DNA of 64,000 nucleotides from an uncultured Chthoniobacter sp. (GTDB lineage Bacteria; Verrucomicrobiota; Verrucomicrobiia; Chthoniobacterales; UBA6821): NCBI GenBank assembly GCA_964402065.1, contig CAYOAN010000007.1, positions 21,174 to 85,173 of the forward strand, read 5' to 3'. Shown piece by piece: positions 59,491 to 64,000 of this stretch (position 1 is its first letter; each line of letters starts with the position of its first letter). The notes under the pieces were generated by a model. It saw only the letters and a program-made list of their open reading frames with translations, ran no database searches and was not told where the DNA came from. The position numbers and the translations under genes were made by a program.

Positions 59491-59928
59491 TTAAGAAGCA
59501 GCCATTTCTCCGAGTGTTCCTTCTTGAGCTATCTTCACTAAAATCTCCTGCCATTGTTGGAGTACATCAATGAATTTTTCGATGAGGTGGACAAAGTCTT
59601 CCCCTTCGAGTGCTGAGATTGGTGTTTGATAAGCGAAGTAAACGGTCAACTCTTCGGGACGTGCACTGAGCGTGCCACCTGCCGTTGCAGCCCAGAGAAA
59701 ATTGGCTTGAGCAATTTTTTTCAAAACCTCTAGCTCATTTTTAGAGTCGTAGGCTCCAATGGGAGAAAAAATTTCTACATACTGACTCTCCTCGTTGAAA
59801 TTAATCATAATTGTGGGACCATCCTTCAGTTCTAAATTCAGAAGATTAGATGGAAGTGGATCAGGAAATTCTGGGAGCTCACAATGCTGACGTAAGGTTT
59901 CAAGAAGCGATAAATAGGGTGATGCCAT
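59491..59928 (-). CDS. CesT/Tir-chaperone family type III secretion chaperone
   Basis: 145 aa, acidic; ANFLWAATAGGTLS motif and C-terminal amphipathic helix FVHLIEKFIDVLQQWQEIL. Confidence 0.8.
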   Translation of the reverse strand: MASPYLSLLETLRQHCELPEFPDPLPSNLLNLELKDGPTIMINFNEESQYVEIFSPIGAYDSKNELEVLKKIAQANFLWAATAGGTLSARPEELTVYFAYQTPISALEGEDFVHLIEKFIDVLQQWQEILVKIAQEGTLGEMAAS

Positions 59929-60065
59929 AAAAAATGTTGATTGTTGGTGAACTGCTTGCTTGTAAAATAAGAGCTACAAAAAGGTCAGCTTTTTTAAAAA
60001 AGAAAACAAGTTTTTATTTTTCTTCACCCTTTACTCATCACCTATTACTCATTATTTTTTGACCT

Positions 60066-60677
60066 GTGTTTTTTTTATTCCTTAAAAGCCTCGTGATTGG
60101 ATTTGCTATCTCTGCTCCAGTCGGTCCGATTGGATTGCTCTGCATCCAGCGCTCCCTTCGCAGTGGTTTTAAAATGGGGCTCATAACAGGTATAGGAGCT
60201 GCCACTGCAGATGCCCTCTATGGCTTTGTTGCTGCTTTTGGTCTTACGGCACTTTCTGGCTTTCTCATCAAATATCAATCTTATATCCACATTGTCGGAG
60301 GAATTTTTTTAATCCTCCTAGGGCTCAAGTTGGTTCTTTCGAAGCATCTCGACTATCTCAAGCAAAACAAGATTGAGAAATCACTCTGGCATGCTTATGG
60401 AACAACGCTTTTTTTGACCATGATGAATCCAATCACCATCATCTCCTTCATGGCGATTTTTGCTGGCCTTGGACTAGGGAGCCAGCATCATCATTACGGC
60501 CACGCTTTGATTTTAGTTTTAGGAATTTTTATTGGCTCTGCTTCCTGGTGGCTTACTCTCAGCAGCAGCGTCGCCTTGATTCTGCACCATCGGATGCAAG
60601 AACACTCCATGGACCTGATTAATAAAGTTGCAGGTAGCCTTTTTCTCCTTTTTGGGCTAGTGGCATTGATTTGGTGA
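60066..60677 (+). CDS. LysE family translocator
   Basis: GFAISAPVGPIGLLCIQRSL..G, GAATADALYG, TMMNPITIISF. Confidence 0.92.
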   Translation: MFFLFLKSLVIGFAISAPVGPIGLLCIQRSLRSGFKMGLITGIGAATADALYGFVAAFGLTALSGFLIKYQSYIHIVGGIFLILLGLKLVLSKHLDYLKQNKIEKSLWHAYGTTLFLTMMNPITIISFMAIFAGLGLGSQHHHYGHALILVLGIFIGSASWWLTLSSSVALILHHRMQEHSMDLINKVAGSLFLLFGLVALIW

Positions 60678-60703
60678 GATTTTGCTGCACACTGCCAGCT
60701 GTT

Positions 60704-60777
60704 TCGGGCCGGCGGGATTTGAACCCACGACCTCTTGGACCCCATCCAAGCGCTCTACCAAGCTAAGCTACGGCCCG
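60704..60777 (-). tRNA. tRNA-Pro (GGG)
   Basis: CGGGCCGTAGCTTAGCTTGGTAGAGCGCTTGGATGGGGTCCAAGAGGTCGTGGGTTCAAATCCCGCCGGCCCGA; CCA not encoded. Confidence 0.95.
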
Positions 60778-60796
60778 TCTAAACAGGGATCCTAGA

Positions 60797-61603
60797 CTAC
60801 TGTTTCACTTTCTGAGTGCAAGAAAGAAGTTTTCCAAAAAAGAAAAACAAGATCAGTAAAGATGGCATAACCAAAGGAAAAATATAACCTCTGGTTTGGA
60901 ACGTCCAGGCATTGAGAGCAACAATGCAGAAAATAAATCCCAGGAGAAGCAGTAAAAAATCCAGCCAAGACAATCGACGTGCTTGAAACATGAGTAAAAT
61001 TGATACGAGCAAGATCACAACTTCTATTCCCAACGGAGGCATAATCACCATTTTCTTTTCCAGTTGCTCTCCAAAAGCAGCTGCCTGTCCTTTAATCTGA
61101 GGTCCACCTAGCAAAATAGTTTGAGAAGAAAAAATCGCTTCTAATTCTGGAATGATAGACCCGCGTTCCCTCTCCTCTCGCCGCAGTAAAAGGTCTTCCA
61201 GGGTCATTAGGTGAATATTCATAGCGCCGTTCTGAATTTGGGAAATGGTAGATTCATTGGTCAAAAAACGAACTACAACTCCTTGAATAACCCCGGTTGC
61301 GACAGCCTCTCGCAAAATTAAAAATGGTTTAGAGGAAACATCATCAAGCGCTCCTATTACTACTATTTGCTCAGGGTGAAAATCGACTATTGCTCGCAAT
61401 GCGAGTGCTACATCTTGAGAGGATAATTGCGATTGGCATAACGGTATCTCAATAGCAGTTACTGAAACGGCTTTATGATGAGTTACTGTTCCAAGAAAGC
61501 TGATAAAAGACCGTTCTAAAGGCCATGCTTTTTCACTTCGCTCCAAAAAAAGGGCTCCTGTTAAAAATACGATGAGGATGAATCCTAAAATCAGCTTTTT
61601 CAT
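60797..61603 (-). CDS. Hypothetical membrane protein (N-terminal TM, periplasmic domain, three C-terminal TMs)
   Basis: 1+3 TM topology reminiscent of CHASE2 sensors but no output domain; family assignment is weak. Confidence 0.65.
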   Translation of the reverse strand: MKKLILGFILIVFLTGALFLERSEKAWPLERSFISFLGTVTHHKAVSVTAIEIPLCQSQLSSQDVALALRAIVDFHPEQIVVIGALDDVSSKPFLILREAVATGVIQGVVVRFLTNESTISQIQNGAMNIHLMTLEDLLLRREERERGSIIPELEAIFSSQTILLGGPQIKGQAAAFGEQLEKKMVIMPPLGIEVVILLVSILLMFQARRLSWLDFLLLLLGFIFCIVALNAWTFQTRGYIFPLVMPSLLILFFFFGKLLSCTQKVKQ

Positions 61604-61605
61604 TC

Positions 61606-61748
61606 CTAGAACGTTTTAAAAATTTCTATAGCTACTCATTGCTGTATCGCTCCAGCACTCGCGTCCTCGAGGATCTTTATATGCACAGCAGATCTACGTT
61701 CCTCACTTCTAGCACCACAGCCACTACAATACTTTTTTAAATGCTCTA
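61606..61748. mobile_element. Divergent subfamily copy (E) of the palindromic MITE
   Basis: CTAGAACGTTTTAAAAA ... TTTTTTAAATGCTCTA termini; same 143-bp length, diverged interior. Confidence 0.65.
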
Positions 61749-61771
61749 AAATGGCCATAGGCTTAACCTCT

Positions 61772-63466
61772 CTAGCGTTTTTTTCTGCTAGCTAATTCTT
61801 GCTCTTCTTTTCCCAAAAGCACTTTGGCATGAGCTACTGCGGAATCACTTGCCCCACCCAACATGCGTGCAATTTCTTCCTCTCTTCTCTTGCCTTCAAC
61901 CGCCCTCAAGCTAGTGTTAGTGCGCCCTTCGAGCACTTCTTTCGCTACTACAAACTGGGAGGCCGCGGCTGCAGCCACTTGAGGAAGATGGGTAATGCAG
62001 AGAACCTGATGTTCTTTTCCAAGTGCTTTCATTGTTGCTCCAACACGAAGCGCAATTTCTCCTCCAACGTTAGCATCAATCTCGTCAAAGACCAAAAGTG
62101 GAACACGATCTTGATGAGCCATTGCCGACTTTAATGCCAACATGACACGCGAAACCTCTCCGCTTGATGCAATCATGCGTAGCGGTTGGAGTGGTTCTCC
62201 AGGATTAGGTGCAAAAAGAAAATCAGCCTCCTCTCCTCCATGAGCTCCAGGCCCAGCAAGAGGTTCCAAGGCAATCTGAAATCCTGCTTGGCGAAATCCT
62301 AAATCAGTTAAAGCAACGGTTATTGACTCGATTAATTTTTTGGCTCCTTCTGCTCGACTCTTGCTAAGCTGCTGCATCGCTTTTTCTTGAGTTTGCTGAG
62401 CCTCTTTCATTCGAGTTTCAATAGAAGCCAATCGTTCTTCTAGATCAGCAAAGGAAGCTAATCGTTCCTCTAGCTTTTCCCCATACTCAATGACGTCGCT
62501 TAATGTTGCCCCATATTTTCTTTTAAGTTTTGCAAAAAGATCGAGGCGCTCTTCCAGTTGAAGTAATGCTTGCTCATCAAGCTCAATGGACTCGCTGTAC
62601 TGCGCAAGACGCCGTGAAAGACTTTGAAGCTGCTCAGAAAGTCCATCCACCTCGGACAGTTCTTGTTCCATGGTGGGATCAAGTTTGGCAAGTTCTCGGA
62701 CAGATCGAGTGATCTCTCCCAAGACGGAAACTACATTCACTTCCTCTTCGCTCAAACGCGCTGCAGCTAGTGCTGCCAGTTCACTCAAGCGCTTTCCTTG
62801 AGAGGAAGTCCGATGACGGACAATAAGTTCCTCTTCTTCTTCAAGTCGAAGATCAGCAGCTTGAATCTCTTCTAGTTCTTGTTTCCAGGCTTCTTTTTGC
62901 TGTTCATTACCAACACTAGCAATCAACTCTTCTTTTTCTCGCAATAAAGCACTTATTTTTTTTCGAGCCTCGAGATAGTCAGCTCGTTCTCCTAAGGCGC
63001 CACTAAAATTATCCAAAAGGAGCGTTTGTTCACTGCGTGAAAAAAGCGATTGATGATCATGTGGCCCATGCAAGTCAATAAGGCGCTCTCCCAATTCTCG
63101 CAACAGGGTCACATTACAGGGCGATCCATTTACAAATTGACGTCCTGCGGCCTCCGCAGAAATACTCCGTCTTAAAATTAAAGCCCCCTCCTCGCAGGGG
63201 TCAACGCCACGGTCTTCAAGAAATTGATTGAGTTCTTTTGTCTGAGTAAAGTGAAAAACGGCCTCCAACGTTGCTGTCGCCGCCCCATGCCTGACTAGAC
63301 CTCGATCAGCACGCTCTCCTATGAGAAATTTTAAGGCTCCCAAAATAATCGACTTTCCAGCTCCTGTCTCTCCAGTAATCGCCACAAAACCAGCAGGAAG
63401 ATCCCAGGTGAGTTCTTCCACGAGCGCTAGGTTGCGAATTTTGAGAGTTTGCAATGTTGCGAACAT
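61772..63466 (-). CDS. recN: DNA repair protein RecN
   Basis: ITGETGAGKSII, GRQFVNG, IDLHGPHDHQSL, NPGEPLQPL..IASSGEVSRVMLALK, VFDEIDANVGG, CITHLPQVAA. Confidence 0.97.
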   Translation of the reverse strand: MFATLQTLKIRNLALVEELTWDLPAGFVAITGETGAGKSIILGALKFLIGERADRGLVRHGAATATLEAVFHFTQTKELNQFLEDRGVDPCEEGALILRRSISAEAAGRQFVNGSPCNVTLLRELGERLIDLHGPHDHQSLFSRSEQTLLLDNFSGALGERADYLEARKKISALLREKEELIASVGNEQQKEAWKQELEEIQAADLRLEEEEELIVRHRTSSQGKRLSELAALAAARLSEEEVNVVSVLGEITRSVRELAKLDPTMEQELSEVDGLSEQLQSLSRRLAQYSESIELDEQALLQLEERLDLFAKLKRKYGATLSDVIEYGEKLEERLASFADLEERLASIETRMKEAQQTQEKAMQQLSKSRAEGAKKLIESITVALTDLGFRQAGFQIALEPLAGPGAHGGEEADFLFAPNPGEPLQPLRMIASSGEVSRVMLALKSAMAHQDRVPLLVFDEIDANVGGEIALRVGATMKALGKEHQVLCITHLPQVAAAAASQFVVAKEVLEGRTNTSLRAVEGKRREEEIARMLGGASDSAVAHAKVLLGKEEQELASRKKR

Positions 63467-63680
63467 AAAACAGAAATGAATTATAACCAAATTACTTTGA
63501 GATTACAGAAAAGAACGCGGAGATCTTTAGAAAAAGTAAGGGCGAAGGCCGGTCCTACCTCAACGATAACGAACTGGCACGAAAACGCGTTATTGTTCTA
63601 ACAAGATTGAGTCTATTGTTTAAGATCACCGTCAGGTGATGATAGCACATTAAATGCTCCCCAAGGATCAACGTGAGATG

Positions 63681-63821
63681 AGAGCGTTTTAAAAAATATG
63701 ATAGCCGATGTAGTGCCAAGAACGAGGAGCACAGAAACGCAGTGTATATCTCATACTCGAGGCTTTGAGCACCGGCGTGATGCCGAAATACGCGACTATA
63801 GAATTTTTTATGAAGCACTCT
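63681..63821 (+). mobile_element. RPE-like palindromic MITE, copy C
   Basis: AGAGCGTTTTAAAAAATATGATAGCCGATGTAGTGCC left end and core shared with copies A and B. Confidence 0.85.
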
Positions 63822-63898
63822 GGTTAGCTACAAAAAAGAGAAAGAATTAATTTTTCTTTTTTGTATTCTCAGTACTTTTTGTGATTAATTTTTACTCT

Positions 63899-64000
63899 AT
63901 GAATTCACTTGATCTTACTTTTCTTGGAACAGGAACCTCTCATGGCGTTCCAGTCATTGGCTGCTCATGTAAGGTCTGCACTTCAAATGATTCGCGCGAT
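63899..64000 (+). CDS. MBL-fold metallohydrolase (PhnP-like), 5' part only
   Basis: [31 protein letters not shown]; runs off the window end. Confidence 0.88.
   Translation, partial: MNSLDLTFLGTGTSHGVPVIGCSCKVCTSNDSRD

Noticed and set aside
58363-60777. Genomic islet integrated at tRNA-Pro carrying the chaperone/effector pair
   Set aside because: No duplicated tRNA 3' end (att site) found near 58350-58600 and no integrase
63625-63645. SRP RNA-like CCGTCAGGT motif
   Set aside because: Lacks the following CCGGAAGGAAGCAG helix-8 sequence; just a short hairpin
63555-63818. 87-aa ORF on the - strand
   Set aside because: It is largely a read-through of MITE copy C; no RBS or recognisable domain
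54104-63821. CRISPR array made of the repeated ~143-bp elements
   Set aside because: Copies are dispersed, long, in mixed orientation and lack regular spacers; no cas genes

Overview
A 64-kb, fairly AT-rich bacterial chromosome segment. Gene content suggests a Verrucomicrobiota (Chthoniobacterales-like) lineage that probably lives with a eukaryotic host; this is inference from protein families, not a database result. The housekeeping backbone is asd, ychF, dgt, queH, typA, yebC, a ubiB-family kinase, sdhCAB, glk, mrp, rpoN, nrdB, pyrC, tgt, recN, tRNA-Gln(TTG) and tRNA-Pro(GGG). It is interleaved with a histidine-utilisation cluster (hutUHGI plus two transporters) and many lineage-specific secreted proteins. 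The strongest candidates for new biology are as follows. (1) A CesT-like type III secretion chaperone lies directly upstream of a putative effector that ends in a soluble tomosyn/VAMP-like R-SNARE motif (58605-59928). (2) Three tandem secreted proteins have unrelated cores but share a DNA-conserved C-terminal TM+YEIYLHSLQTKS tail (39726-43520). (3) A 3.9-kb islet carrying a triple FGE-sulfatase-fold protein is bounded by a 64-bp direct repeat that encodes the C-termini of two convergent genes on opposite strands. (4) A Chlamydia-type class Ic nrdB is bracketed by inverted copies of an RPE-like palindromic MITE family. No CRISPR array, integrase, transposase or reverse transcriptase was seen. 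All calls are by eye from motifs; no searches were run.
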